Shown: positions 48,539-59,040, numbered from the stretch's first letter. The stretch is DNA of 64,000 nucleotides from an archaeon (GCA_002688265.1 NZCK01000007.1:104739-168738); one strand, 5' to 3'. Notes: generated by a model from the sequence alone, not told the origin. Numbers and translations are program-made.

Positions 48539-50251
48539 TCACAACTGCAGAGGGTGGTCATGACCTTGCTTCTTCCTCAAATGCAACTCTTTCAAATGAC
48601 GTTCCCTCTCATCAGTCAAATTGATTGTCTTCTTTCTAACTCCAGTTACAATGCTAGCAATATGTTCTCCTCCTAAAAAGTGAGGCAAGGTCACATAATC
48701 AGCTCCTGCTTTGTAAAGTTTGAGTGCATCATCAGTACTTTGAGTTGTTGCAATGATCCTAGCCTTCTTATTCACTGCTCTTGTTTTCTTAATCAACAAA
48801 AGGTTTTCTCGCATGCCAGGAACTGTGGAAATTAATAACTTGATCCCCTTCAAATTCATCTTATCAATAATCTCCTGGTCGTCAACCTCCCCATAAATAC
48901 AATGAAACCCGCGTTTCGCAGTACTGGCAATAATATCTGGATTATAATCAATAACCAAAACATTTTTTTTATGACTATGCAATTTTCTAAGAATAGAATA
49001 ACCAATCCTATTGTGACCACAAAGAACGATTTTAGGCTTGTGATCCTGTGGCATAAATTCTAACCCTTCAGTGTTATATTTATCTAAAAACTGTAGACGC
49101 TTTTCTAAAAGAGCATAAATCTCTGAATTATACTTGATTAAATAAGAGGTTACTGAAATGGAAATTAGTGAAACTAAAACTATTAATGAAAAAATCTCGC
49201 TAGTCAAATGACCTAGTAATCTTCCTTGCGCAGCAATAATTAACGCAAACTCCCCTATCTGAGTTAGATAAAGAGCAGAATAAAGTGATGGTTTTTTGGT
49301 ATAACGAAATACAGTACACAAAATTAATACCAAAATTGGCTTAAAGATAATGATAAATATAGTAAAAGCAATTAATTCAACCCAATAATTCTGAATTACT
49401 CCTAAGGATAAACTCATCCCCAAAGAAACAAAGAATAGTAAACTGAAAAAATCCCTCAATGACCGGACTCTAGCAATTATTTCTAAATGATATTGAAGGT
49501 TTCCTAAAGTTAAACCTGCAGCAAAGGCACCAATGGCTACCGAAAATCCCAAAAAGTGAAACGATAAAGAAAAGAGAAAACAAATAGCAAGTGAAGCTAC
49601 TAACAATAATTCTTGAGCACGAGCTGCGAAACTAAATAGTGCAGGGAAGACAAACCGAGTAGCAAAGTAAGCTGCAGCAATTAACGCTACAAATTTCATC
49701 ATTGCTAAAACTAAAACAGAAGGTGTAAAGTCTCCAATTGAAGTTAAAACAGAAAGAGCAAACACAGCAAAAATATCTTCCATTAAAAGAATACCTACAA
49801 TAATTCTCCCATGCAAAGTTGATAACTCTCTTCTGTCAGATAAAAATTTCATAACAATCATTGTTGAAGAAAAAGCTAACATCAAACCCACATACATCGC
49901 TTCTAAGGGAAGAAAACCTAAAACCATCGCCAAAAGAAAAGCCGTTGTAAATAAAATAACAATCTGAATTGTCCCACCAACACTGGAAATAAAAGCTACC
50001 TGTTTGAGCTTTTTTAGATCCATTTCAAGACCCACAATAAAAAGTAAAAAAGCAATACCTATAGTTGACATTGCATCAATTACTGTAGAATTGGTAATAA
50101 TCCCAAAAATAGGTGTAATTAGAACTCCAACTAAAATATATGCTAACAATTGAGGTTGCCTTGCCCATCTAAATAAAAGTGCTAAGAAGCCAGCTATAAT
50201 TACAATAATTCCTAGTTCTACAAATATATCAGAAGCTACTGCCATCCTCAT
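48539..50251 (-). CDS. Kef-type (CPA2) cation/H+ antiporter with TrkA-N domain
   Basis: LLFIVGLE, FSST, LLMED, QIGEF, C-terminal GHNRIG...IDYNP. Confidence 0.92.
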   Translation of the reverse strand: MRMAVASDIFVELGIIVIIAGFLALLFRWARQPQLLAYILVGVLITPIFGIITNSTVIDAMSTIGIAFLLFIVGLEMDLKKLKQVAFISSVGGTIQIVILFTTAFLLAMVLGFLPLEAMYVGLMLAFSSTMIVMKFLSDRRELSTLHGRIIVGILLMEDIFAVFALSVLTSIGDFTPSVLVLAMMKFVALIAAAYFATRFVFPALFSFAARAQELLLVASLAICFLFSLSFHFLGFSVAIGAFAAGLTLGNLQYHLEIIARVRSLRDFFSLLFFVSLGMSLSLGVIQNYWVELIAFTIFIIIFKPILVLILCTVFRYTKKPSLYSALYLTQIGEFALIIAAQGRLLGHLTSEIFSLIVLVSLISISVTSYLIKYNSEIYALLEKRLQFLDKYNTEGLEFMPQDHKPKIVLCGHNRIGYSILRKLHSHKKNVLVIDYNPDIIASTAKRGFHCIYGEVDDQEIIDKMNLKGIKLLISTVPGMRENLLLIKKTRAVNKKARIIATTQSTDDALKLYKAGADYVTLPHFLGGEHIASIVTGVRKKTINLTDERERHLKELHLRKKQGHDHPLQL

Positions 50252-50326
50252 TATAAAAGAAAGAATAAGGGTTTAAAAAAGTGTTGGCAATATCGGCTTA
50301 TTTTTGAAAAGTAAATTACAAGATTT

Positions 50327-51838
50327 TCACTTAGAATCATCAGTAATTACTGGTTTCATAGTTGGAAAAAATATTACATCCCTAATTGAACTTACTCCTG
50401 TTAAAACAACAGCCATTCGATCAATTCCAAAACCTAATCCACCCGCCGGAGGCATACCGTACTCAATTGCAGTTACAAAATCAGAATCCATTGGATGGGC
50501 TTCATCTGCTCCAGCTCTTAACTGCTCTGCTTGCCCCTCCAACAATTCTCTTTGAAGAATTGGATCATTCAACTCTGAATAAGCATTACAAAGCTCCATT
50601 CCCATACAAAATGATTCAAACCTTTCAACAAGCCTTGGGTCTCCCCTTTTAGCTTTACACAAAGGAGTAGTTTCTTTTGGATGATCAATGATATGGACCG
50701 GTTGAATCAATTTGTCCTCTACTAATTCTTCGAATAACAATAATACACCAAGACCCCAACTAAACTTTCCTTTACTAGAGTCAAACTCGATTCTTTTATC
50801 ATTGATAAGATGTTGAATTTTTTCTTCAGACATTTTGGAAACGTCAATGTCTGCATATTCTTTGATAGCATCAATCATGGAAAGTCTTCGCCAAGGAGCT
50901 TTGAAATCTACTTCTACTTCTTCGCCCTTATACATCCGTTTAACCTTAGTTGAACCATTAATTGTAATACAAGCCTTCTCATAAACCTCTTCAAGATAAA
51001 CCATCATCTGCTCATAGTCAACGTAAGCCTGATATATCTCAAGCATCGTAAACTCAGGGTTATGAGTTGTATCAACGTCTTCATTTCTAAAATTTTTACA
51101 AATGGTGTAAACCTTTTCGAACCCACCAACTAACAAACGCTTTAGAAATAATTCTGGAGAGATTGACAAAAACATTGACATGTCCCAAGCATTAATATGA
51201 GTTACAAAGGGCCTCGCGTTAGCTCCCCCATACTGTGTCTGCAAAGTAGGCGTCTCTACTTCCATAAATTCTTTCTCAGAGAAATAATCCCTAACTGCCT
51301 TAATCATAGCACTACGCTTTTTGAAAATTTCTCTTGAACCTTGATTAGTAATTAAATCCAAACAACGTCTCCGATATTTCAATTCAATATCCTTAACGCC
51401 ATGAAACTTCTCTGGCATCTGAAGCATAGATTTACACAAGAAAACTGCTTCTTTTGCATGAACTGTAACTTCACCTTTCCTGGTTTTGAAGATTGTCCCA
51501 GAGACACCAATAATATCTCCAGTATCAGATTTTTTTGTGATTAACTTGTATTGGTCTTCACCTAAATCATCTCTTGTTAGATAAATTTGAAGCTTGCCTG
51601 TTTCATCTTGAATATGAAAAAAACTGGCTTTACCCATTATTCTTCTGAGCATGATTCGCCCAGCAACATTAACTTTAGTCTTCTTTTTTTCTTCTGGTTT
51701 TAAAGAAGCATGTTTCTCGTTTAAAGGTTTGGCATGATGAGTTTGATTAAAACTGTAAGGATAAGCCTGAACACCAGCTTCCCTGATCTGTTGCAACTTT
51801 CTTAGTTTGTCTTGATCCAATTCTAGTTTCTTTGCCAT
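50327..51838 (-). CDS. lysS: Lysyl-tRNA synthetase, class II
   Basis: AGRIM..R.MGKASF, GGANARPF, FRNE...HNPEFT, YGMPP.GG.G.GIDR. Confidence 0.97.
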   Translation of the reverse strand: MAKKLELDQDKLRKLQQIREAGVQAYPYSFNQTHHAKPLNEKHASLKPEEKKKTKVNVAGRIMLRRIMGKASFFHIQDETGKLQIYLTRDDLGEDQYKLITKKSDTGDIIGVSGTIFKTRKGEVTVHAKEAVFLCKSMLQMPEKFHGVKDIELKYRRRCLDLITNQGSREIFKKRSAMIKAVRDYFSEKEFMEVETPTLQTQYGGANARPFVTHINAWDMSMFLSISPELFLKRLLVGGFEKVYTICKNFRNEDVDTTHNPEFTMLEIYQAYVDYEQMMVYLEEVYEKACITINGSTKVKRMYKGEEVEVDFKAPWRRLSMIDAIKEYADIDVSKMSEEKIQHLINDKRIEFDSSKGKFSWGLGVLLLFEELVEDKLIQPVHIIDHPKETTPLCKAKRGDPRLVERFESFCMGMELCNAYSELNDPILQRELLEGQAEQLRAGADEAHPMDSDFVTAIEYGMPPAGGLGFGIDRMAVVLTGVSSIRDVIFFPTMKPVITDDSK

Positions 51839-51956
51839 GAAGATAAGATATCAATAATCATTATATAAATATTTGGAAGATGTTTCTGTTTTTTGGGGGA
51901 TTAATCCAAACTCTTAAAAATCTATTAGTATTCTTAGATACTTGAGGTTTTGGTAA

Positions 51957-52838
51957 ATGGTGATTGTAACGTGTTTGGGGAATTCGCAGAAAATTGCAAA
52001 AGGTATTGCTCGGCGGCTGAAAGCAAAATATATGAAAACTCTAGTTTCAACATTTCCTGATGGAGATCGCTACATGAAGTTCTCTAAAAAAGTTAAAGGA
52101 CAAAAAATAATCATAGTTCAATCATTCCAACCTAATCCACAACAAAGTCTTCTTAATGTTGTGTTTGCAGCAACCGGGGCTAAACAACAAGGAGCTCGAA
52201 GTGTGGTTGTTTGTGTACCATACTTAGCTTACATGCGCCAAGACAAAGCGTTCAATCCAGGTGAAGTTATTTCGAGTCGCGTGATGGCAAAGCTTCTGAA
52301 TAATTCTGTTGATCGTTTGGTAACTATAGATCCACACTTGCATCGTTATCGATCAATGAAAGAGATTTTTAAGATTAAAGCTGCGAATTTGTGTGCTAAT
52401 TCTCTAATTGGGGCCTATGTAAAAAAACATGTTAAAAATGCAGTTGTGATTGGTCCTGATTGGGAAAGTTATCAATGGGCAGAAGAAGTGGCTTCAATTG
52501 CTGGAGTTGAGTGCACAGTGTTTGAGAAAACACGTTATTCTTCAAAAAAAGTTAGCGAGAAGATGTTGAAACAAGTTGATATGAAAGGCAAAAACGTTGT
52601 AATTGTTGATGACATTATCTCTACAGGGCATACCATTGCTGAAGCCTCTAAAAAAGCAAAGTCGCTAGGTGCTAAATCTGTTATGGCAATTGGTGTGCAT
52701 GGATTGTTTGTTCTAGATGCAATTAAGTTGATGAAGAAAGCAGGCGTTTCTAAAGTAGTGAGCACAAATACTATCTCACATAAAACTAATGGAATTGACG
52801 TAACTGGGATGTTGAGTGATTGGCTTAGGAAGAATTGA
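51957..52838 (+). CDS. prs: Ribose-phosphate pyrophosphokinase
   Basis: FPDG, PYLAYMRQD, GPD, IVDDIISTGHT. Confidence 0.95.
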   Translation: MVIVTCLGNSQKIAKGIARRLKAKYMKTLVSTFPDGDRYMKFSKKVKGQKIIIVQSFQPNPQQSLLNVVFAATGAKQQGARSVVVCVPYLAYMRQDKAFNPGEVISSRVMAKLLNNSVDRLVTIDPHLHRYRSMKEIFKIKAANLCANSLIGAYVKKHVKNAVVIGPDWESYQWAEEVASIAGVECTVFEKTRYSSKKVSEKMLKQVDMKGKNVVIVDDIISTGHTIAEASKKAKSLGAKSVMAIGVHGLFVLDAIKLMKKAGVSKVVSTNTISHKTNGIDVTGMLSDWLRKN

Positions 52839-52846
52839 GTGGAATA

Positions 52847-53323
52847 TTATGCATCAAGAATCTTTTCTAACCTTAACTCTGCATACTCTCCCCCAACATA
52901 ATCTGGTTGCTGTTCAACTATGAATAATGCAGCTGCGCTTGAAGATTCAGTTTCGGCTATAGCACCAACAACTATTTGTCTTGGGAGAGCAGCCCATGTT
53001 CCTTGGTACAAACCAGAAAGATCTTCGCCTTCTCCATCTCTTTGCAAAACATAAAGTAAATTAGCTAAACCAGTGTCTGGAGGACATTTAAAGAAAGCGA
53101 GTGTTGCACGGCCATCCCCCACTTCAACTTTCCCCTCCATCGTTTGGTTTGGGCTTCTTGATCCGTGGTCAATTATCTCTCCTGAGAGTAATCCTTGTTC
53201 ATTTGTTGATAATCTACCTGTGAGATCTCCTTGAGTCCCAAGATATTCGTAGTGTCCAGAAATAGAGTAATCAGCCATGAGAGGTTTATGTTGAATTGCT
53301 TGAAAAAGTTTTTGTTTATCCAA
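52847..53323 (-). CDS. Hypothetical protein
   Basis: ORF; start uncertain (TTG 53323 or ATG 53278). Confidence 0.55.
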   Translation of the reverse strand: MDKQKLFQAIQHKPLMADYSISGHYEYLGTQGDLTGRLSTNEQGLLSGEIIDHGSRSPNQTMEGKVEVGDGRATLAFFKCPPDTGLANLLYVLQRDGEGEDLSGLYQGTWAALPRQIVVGAIAETESSSAAALFIVEQQPDYVGGEYAELRLEKILDA

Positions 53324-53390
53324 TATATATTTTTGTACTCTATTGTTTAGAATATTTTAACTAAAAAAGATTAAGAAAAAATAAATAAAC

Positions 53391-53549
53391 TTACTTCTTA
53401 TTCCAGGTATACTTACGAGTTGTTGCCTGAGCACCATATCCACAACCACTACACCTTTTCTTTCTAATGTGATAACTGTGGTTTCCGCACCTACGACAGA
53501 TGATGTGAGAAGTCTTCCCACTTTTTCTACCCATACTTGCTGTACTCAT
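53391..53549 (-). CDS. rpl37e: 50S ribosomal protein L37e (absent from the ORF track)
   Basis: Read by hand: MSTASMGRKSGKTSHIICRRCGNHSYHIRKKRCSGCGYG...YTWNKK; follows Lsm gene. Confidence 0.95.
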   Translation of the reverse strand: MSTASMGRKSGKTSHIICRRCGNHSYHIRKKRCSGCGYGAQATTRKYTWNKK

Positions 53550-53584
53550 TTTAGTTTACCTGTATAATTTGATTTACGCTTTAA

Positions 53585-53812
53585 TTATGCTGGAGAGATA
53601 ATGGTAATTGTATCTCCACGAATGAAAACTGTTCCAAGTTGACGCTTTACTTCGCCATCTTTGGTTTCTTTAGCTTCATCTAACACAACGTTGATATGAA
53701 TATCAAATGCCTTTAGTTTCCCAGTTAGCATAGCGCCGTTCTTTAAATTTACAATAACTTGTTTTCCTCGTGCTGCGTTTAAAGCATCTAGTGGTCTTGA
53801 ATGTTGTTCCAT
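53585..53812 (-). CDS. Sm-like (Lsm/SmAP1) protein
   Basis: RPLD.L, G.LKAFDIHINVVL, IRGD. Confidence 0.95.
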   Translation of the reverse strand: MEQHSRPLDALNAARGKQVIVNLKNGAMLTGKLKAFDIHINVVLDEAKETKDGEVKRQLGTVFIRGDTITIISPA

Positions 53813-53896
53813 TTTGAGTAATTCACCCCGAATTATAATATCCTTTCGCTAAGTAGGTCTTTTATAAATGTTGTGGTGGAAGAGCATAAAATTGCA

Positions 53897-54772
53897 TCAA
53901 CTCATTAACCATAATCCCAGTAATATCATAAACAAAAGAAGACTTTTAAGAGGTAACTTCTCTGATTTTCGAAAATATCTTGGAAAGAAAGGAAAAAGAA
54001 CTAAAGAAATTAGTAGAATATACACTGGTTGAACCCCCCCAATCACTTTAACTAATGATACAGGCCCACGACTTATTGCAAGATGTGATACAAAAATTGC
54101 TGCTACATTTAATAGTTCTGAGAATACAAAAATTGGTGCATGGTGAACATTTTTCTTAATATATGGTATAAACTTTCTTCCTTTTGAAGGATATAACATT
54201 AAAATTATTGCAGCAATAAACATTCCTAATGAAACCAATACAAAACCAGTCCAGAAATTAACTTGTAAATAGATATATTTACTCAGCACCGCTGCGAATG
54301 CAGCGCAAGAAGTTGCACCAAGCATCAACCAAAATGATTTGTGAATTGTGAATTTTTTGATATTTGTTATGGAAAAAATTAAACTCGCTGAAAATATTAA
54401 CAAAAAACCTAACCAATTTAGTCCAGATAATTTCTCTCCAAGGAAGATTAGTGCAAGAATAGCAATTAGTGCAGGACTCATTGACCACAAAGCAACAGTT
54501 ATAGATGGTCCCCTCTCTTGCAAAGTGTGAAAGTAAAACGTATATGAACCAATAATTAGTATTCCTGCAGCAATTGAGAAAGAAATAATGGTGATACTTG
54601 GAATTGTTATTGGGAAAAAGAATAAAGCAAACAAAGGAAGACTTGCAAATAGTCCAGAAATGATGGCTCCAAAAAAAGGATTCTTGTAAATGTAGCGAAG
54701 CAAATTGTCATCAAGTAAAACTACAATCGCCCAGAAAAAGGGAGCAAGTAAAGCTAAAAATATCCATTCCAT
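53897..54772 (-). CDS. EamA/DMT family transporter
   Basis: About 10 TM, IFLGEKL, GPVSLV. Confidence 0.85.
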   Translation of the reverse strand: MEWIFLALLAPFFWAIVVLLDDNLLRYIYKNPFFGAIISGLFASLPLFALFFFPITIPSITIISFSIAAGILIIGSYTFYFHTLQERGPSITVALWSMSPALIAILALIFLGEKLSGLNWLGFLLIFSASLIFSITNIKKFTIHKSFWLMLGATSCAAFAAVLSKYIYLQVNFWTGFVLVSLGMFIAAIILMLYPSKGRKFIPYIKKNVHHAPIFVFSELLNVAAIFVSHLAISRGPVSLVKVIGGVQPVYILLISLVLFPFFPRYFRKSEKLPLKSLLLFMILLGLWLMS

Positions 54773-54856
54773 TTATTTTATAAAATCTTTATGATATTTA
54801 AAAATGGTAGTTAAAATTGCACAATCTTTATTTAAAACAGGTTAAATTTGAAAAAT

Positions 54857-55288
54857 ATGGTTCTAGCTGCAAGTCATGTGATCGGGGCACTTGGAATTAG
54901 CCTCTTAGTCTCAAGATTCCTACCAGTTTCAAATTTAGGCTATGCCCTTGCAGCATTTGGTGCCCTGATTCCAGACTTTGATTTTCTATTTGCACTGATT
55001 TTTAATGATTTAAGCTGGCATCGAGCCTACCTAAATTTCTGGTTTATTCCTTTTCTAATATTTGGAATTGGTTGTTTAATATTCCCTAAAAAACGAGTGG
55101 AAGTGTTGTTGTTCTCTCTTGGCTACCTATCACATATCATATTAGATCTTCTCTCTGCAGACTTGTTCATTTTAGGATTGATAGATGGAGTGGTGATAAC
55201 AGTAATTGTTTTCTACTTACTAATATTTTATTGGAAACAAGGTGCTAATATAACATTAAATGGAAACAGTTGTCAAAAAAATCTTTGA
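54857..55288 (+). CDS. Membrane-bound metal-dependent hydrolase (YdjM-like)
   Basis: SH, GALIPDFD, HR, GYLSHIILD. Confidence 0.8.
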   Translation: MVLAASHVIGALGISLLVSRFLPVSNLGYALAAFGALIPDFDFLFALIFNDLSWHRAYLNFWFIPFLIFGIGCLIFPKKRVEVLLFSLGYLSHIILDLLSADLFILGLIDGVVITVIVFYLLIFYWKQGANITLNGNSCQKNL

Positions 55289-55331
55289 AATTAGTAAGAG
55301 ATATAAAGGTAAAGAATTTGTTTTTATGTAG

Positions 55332-55667
55332 ATGGTTTTCAAAAACATTCTCTCTAAGGCAAAATCAGCTTTGGCTGACAGAAATAAAAAAATAAAAAAT
55401 GTTCGAAAAACTAAAGAACTTCCTGCAGCAAGAATGGAGGCAATCGATGCGCCAAACCGGTTTCTACGCTTCTACTATGCAAACCGAAAAGAATTACTTG
55501 CTGAACGTAAAGAAACCTATAATCAAAAATTGAAAAAAGGAATTTGTGTTAGGTGTAATTCCAAAGCTGTTTCTGGGATAAAATATTGTGCTATGCATCG
55601 TGAGATGCAACGTGAATATAATCGGAAAGCAAGAGAGAAGCGGAAGAGAAAAGAGAATATGAGTTAA
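55332..55667 (+). CDS. Basic hypothetical protein with CxxC...CxxH motif
   Basis: CVRC...YCAMH. Confidence 0.65.
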   Translation: MVFKNILSKAKSALADRNKKIKNVRKTKELPAARMEAIDAPNRFLRFYYANRKELLAERKETYNQKLKKGICVRCNSKAVSGIKYCAMHREMQREYNRKAREKRKRKENMS

Positions 55668-55749
55668 AATATTTCTTTGAATTATTTACTCTTTCATTTA
55701 TTATATTTTGATCGAGAACCTTTTTATAGAATTTAATTAATTATAGGTT

Positions 55750-56295
55750 ATGTATAGTCGAAGAGAAATTATGGGTCTAATAGGAGCAAGTTTTGCAGGA
55801 TTATTACTACCTGGAAAAGCCATCCCTTCTGAGCCTTTACGGTTTCCAGATGTTTCAGTCCATAAAGAAAATGGACAAGAAACTAGCTTACACAAATTTT
55901 ATGGAAAACCTTTAATTCTAAATGTGTGGGCAGCATTTTGTAGACCTTGTATTGAAGAAATACCTTTAGTTAACAAGTTGGCAGCGGCCCATAACTTACT
56001 TGGATTATACATGATGTCAGGTGGCACTCTTGAAGAAGAACTGTTGGGGTTGCAGACTATTAAAAGAAACCACGCAGCAGCATTCCAAAATTTAGTTGTA
56101 CCAACTGGCTCTAGCAGTATAATAAACAAAGCCTATGTCAGACATACAAGTAGTGGGTACCTTCCAGTTCCAACGTTTTTTGTCCTTGATCCCATAGGAG
56201 ATGTACAGCATATTTCTGTTGGGACGTTAGATAGAAATAATAATTATGCTAGATTAGAACAAGCAATTGTAAGATTAGAAGAACAATATAAGTAA
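55750..56295 (+). CDS. TlpA-like thiol-disulfide oxidoreductase with twin-arginine-like signal
   Basis: SRRE + hydrophobic stretch; GKP.ILNVWAAFCRPC.EE.P, VPT. Confidence 0.8.
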   Translation: MYSRREIMGLIGASFAGLLLPGKAIPSEPLRFPDVSVHKENGQETSLHKFYGKPLILNVWAAFCRPCIEEIPLVNKLAAAHNLLGLYMMSGGTLEEELLGLQTIKRNHAAAFQNLVVPTGSSSIINKAYVRHTSSGYLPVPTFFVLDPIGDVQHISVGTLDRNNNYARLEQAIVRLEEQYK

Positions 56296-56316
56296 AGTTA
56301 GAATATCTTAATTGTT

Positions 56317-57804
56317 TTACTTTATCAAATAAGCTTCTTGATCTATTAATATCTTCTTTGCTAAATTAAGTTTGTCTTTACTCTCGGCATACAAAGTAAA
56401 CAAAATTTCTCCCTCTTCCACCTTGTCTTTCTTCTTCTTATAAATAAAAAGTCCTGTCCCTTTATCAAAAGGAGCACCACAAGTCCTCGCTAACTTGGCT
56501 ATCGTTAAATTGTCAATTGCTTTAACTTTTCCCTTTCTGTGAGCTTTGACATTAAAACTATATTTTCCAAGACTGGGCATCTTCTGCGGACCTTGCATCT
56601 TTATGATCTCTTGCATCTTTTGCCAAGCTAAACCAGACTCCAACAAATATTTAGCACGATGATAACCTTTCCCTTTCTTAACCTTCTTCGAAAGTTCAAG
56701 CAAGATTCCTGCCATCTTCAACGATTTTTCTTTCAAGTCAGTTGGGGCATGATCTTCATTTTTCAAAATTGTAATCACATCTTTTGCTTCTAGTAGTGGA
56801 CCTACACCATTACCAATTGGCTGGCTACCATCAGTTACAATAACCTTAACTTTAATCCCCAGGGCTTTACCCAACATTACAAATTTCTTTTTTAATTTAT
56901 TAGCATCACTTCGGTTCTTGGCTTTGGTACTTGGGCCCATAGGAATATCTATTAATACAATCTTAGCACCAACAGAATGTTTTTTCGCCATAACAGAAGC
57001 TAACAATTGGCCTTCAGCATCGATTGCAAGAGGCCTTTCAATCTCAATTATTTTGTCGTCAGCTGGAGCCAAATTCACGGAACCACCATGCACCAAAGCC
57101 ACACCACATTTTTTGATCACTTTTTCTATTTTATTCTTAGGCAATTCTACCCTAGCTAAACATTCCATGGTGTCAGCAGTTCCAGCTGGACTTGTGATAG
57201 CACGACTACTAGTCTTTGGCATAATCAAACCTGCAGCAGCTATTATTGGCCCTACAATCATTGTCGTTCTGTTATTTGGAACTCCACCAATACAATGTTT
57301 GTCAAGAACTATCCCATTAAACTTGAGCTGCTCTCCAGTTTCTACCATTGCTTTGGTCATAGCAACAGTTTCTTTTACAGAAAAACCATTCATATACCCT
57401 CCCATTACAAAAGCAGTTTTCTCAATGTCAGTTAATCTATCGTTTGTAATATCATCAATTATTTGGTGAAGCTCTTTACCGCTTAATTGCTTACCATGTA
57501 ATTTTTCTTTAATATATTGCAGGGATTTAGGTTTGCCTGCAAAATGAATTGAAACCTGATCTGTTGATTTTGCATTTAAATGTTTTAACGCCTCTTGAAA
57601 TAATCCTACCTTTCCTTTAGCTAAGGTTCTAGAACTTTTAGCAATGTCTAAAATAGCAGTTATTTCTTTTCTGCCTTTTTTAATTAAAACCCTATCACCA
57701 ATATTTAGATCTAATTTTTGAGCGTCTGATTCAGTAAGTAAAGCTATAAGAATTCCACCTGTTTCAATGTTCATTGCTTTAATTAGAAATTTATTTACAA
57801 CCAT
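56317..57804 (-). CDS. AMP phosphorylase
   Basis: N-terminal beta-barrel extension, DKHCIGGVP.N.T, PKTSSRAITSPAGTAD, LAPADD, SVMAKK. Confidence 0.93.
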   Translation of the reverse strand: MVVNKFLIKAMNIETGGILIALLTESDAQKLDLNIGDRVLIKKGRKEITAILDIAKSSRTLAKGKVGLFQEALKHLNAKSTDQVSIHFAGKPKSLQYIKEKLHGKQLSGKELHQIIDDITNDRLTDIEKTAFVMGGYMNGFSVKETVAMTKAMVETGEQLKFNGIVLDKHCIGGVPNNRTTMIVGPIIAAAGLIMPKTSSRAITSPAGTADTMECLARVELPKNKIEKVIKKCGVALVHGGSVNLAPADDKIIEIERPLAIDAEGQLLASVMAKKHSVGAKIVLIDIPMGPSTKAKNRSDANKLKKKFVMLGKALGIKVKVIVTDGSQPIGNGVGPLLEAKDVITILKNEDHAPTDLKEKSLKMAGILLELSKKVKKGKGYHRAKYLLESGLAWQKMQEIIKMQGPQKMPSLGKYSFNVKAHRKGKVKAIDNLTIAKLARTCGAPFDKGTGLFIYKKKKDKVEEGEILFTLYAESKDKLNLAKKILIDQEAYLIK

Positions 57805-58032
57805 CCTAATCTAATGAAAGTCATTTAGTGTTTTTAATGTTGTTGGTTGATGATAATGTTAAGTTTAGTGAGAAAGGAAGTGACTAATATTTGAGTGATT
57901 TAAGCAAAAAACACCTGATTTCCACAGGAAATTGTCCCATTTTTACGAAATCTATATAAATAAACTAAAGGAATACAGTTATACTCATAATCAAAAGGTA
58001 ATGAGAAAAACAACAAACCGAGGTGTTAACCC

Positions 58033-58218
58033 ATGGAAGAAATGGAATTTTATGATGTTAAATCAAAAGCTAAGTTTAAGACTACTGAATACGAAATTCG
58101 TAAAAAAGATGTAAAAGGTAAACCACGATTTTTCGCAGTTGCTGCTGCTCCTAAACCAGGAACTCACGAATGTTGGAGAGTTGTTGGCGCAGAAAAAGCT
58201 AAAGAACTTATGAAATAA
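58033..58218 (+). CDS. Small basic protein, CC1/Pae3192-like chromatin protein
   Basis: FYDVK.K..F.T.EYE...K...FAVA..P......R..G; GAGGTG SD; T-rich terminator. Confidence 0.65.
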   Translation: MEEMEFYDVKSKAKFKTTEYEIRKKDVKGKPRFFAVAAAPKPGTHECWRVVGAEKAKELMK

Positions 58219-58280
58219 TTTTTATTTTATTTTTTATTGTTTTATTTTTAGATTATATTCTTCTATATCTTTTTTCAATC

Positions 58281-59018
58281 TTAATTTTTGTTTGCTTGTT
58301 CCCAAATAATTCTAAAAAATTGTTTATAACTTTCTGCTAAAGTTTTATTCTCAATTACAATCGCCATAATCTCATCTTCTATTGGAAGCAAGTTGATTAC
58401 TAGGTCACCACAGACATCAACCATGGCTTGCGATTTATACTTGTTAGAAAGATAGCGAATTTGCATACTTTTGTCATTCCACCCAGAAGCCTTGTCTTCC
58501 CTTGAAGATTCATAATAAATTACTTTTCCTTTAATCTTTCTTCTCTTACGCTCCTCATTCCACTGCTCATGCCGATGTCTGAGATATTTACGATTTAATC
58601 CAGAACCCCCCAAACCATAAATTGTAGAATTCTGTTCTAACATCATATAATAAGCCCGGAGCACTCCTTCTGGACCAAAAAATTGGAAAACTTGTTTCTG
58701 CTCTTTGGTTAAAGCAAATTCTTGTTCAAGTGTAGGTAAAACTCCTTGCAAGATCTTCTGTTTCTGTTCCAATAATGTTTGCAGCTGAGTAGGGTTTGTT
58801 GCAGAAAATATTTGCTTTTTCTCTTTTTGCAGAGAACTAATCAGGCCTTTCTCTCTTAAACGTTCTAAAACATCATAAACATTTACACGATGAACTTTGG
58901 CAGAACGAGCAATTTCAATTGCTGTAGCAGGACCCAATCCTAACAAAGCCAAATATACACGAGATTCATTCTTACTTAATCCCAGCTCCATTAATTGAAA
59001 TGTTGTCTGTTCTTTCAC
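58281..59018 (-). CDS. TrmB-family HTH regulator
   Basis: LGLSKNESRVYLALL.LG, HR.NVYDVLERL..KGL; start probably GTG 59018. Confidence 0.88.
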   Translation of the reverse strand: MKEQTTFQLMELGLSKNESRVYLALLGLGPATAIEIARSAKVHRVNVYDVLERLREKGLISSLQKEKKQIFSATNPTQLQTLLEQKQKILQGVLPTLEQEFALTKEQKQVFQFFGPEGVLRAYYMMLEQNSTIYGLGGSGLNRKYLRHRHEQWNEERKRRKIKGKVIYYESSREDKASGWNDKSMQIRYLSNKYKSQAMVDVCGDLVINLLPIEDEIMAIVIENKTLAESYKQFFRIIWEQANKN

Positions 59019-59020
59019 TT

Positions 59021-59040
59021 GTAGTAATAGCAATTACTAC
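59021..59040. promoter_or_regulatory. Perfect palindrome (putative operator) in divergent promoter
   Basis: GTAGTAAT-agca-ATTACTAC next to TTTATAAA at 59046-59053. Confidence 0.6.
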
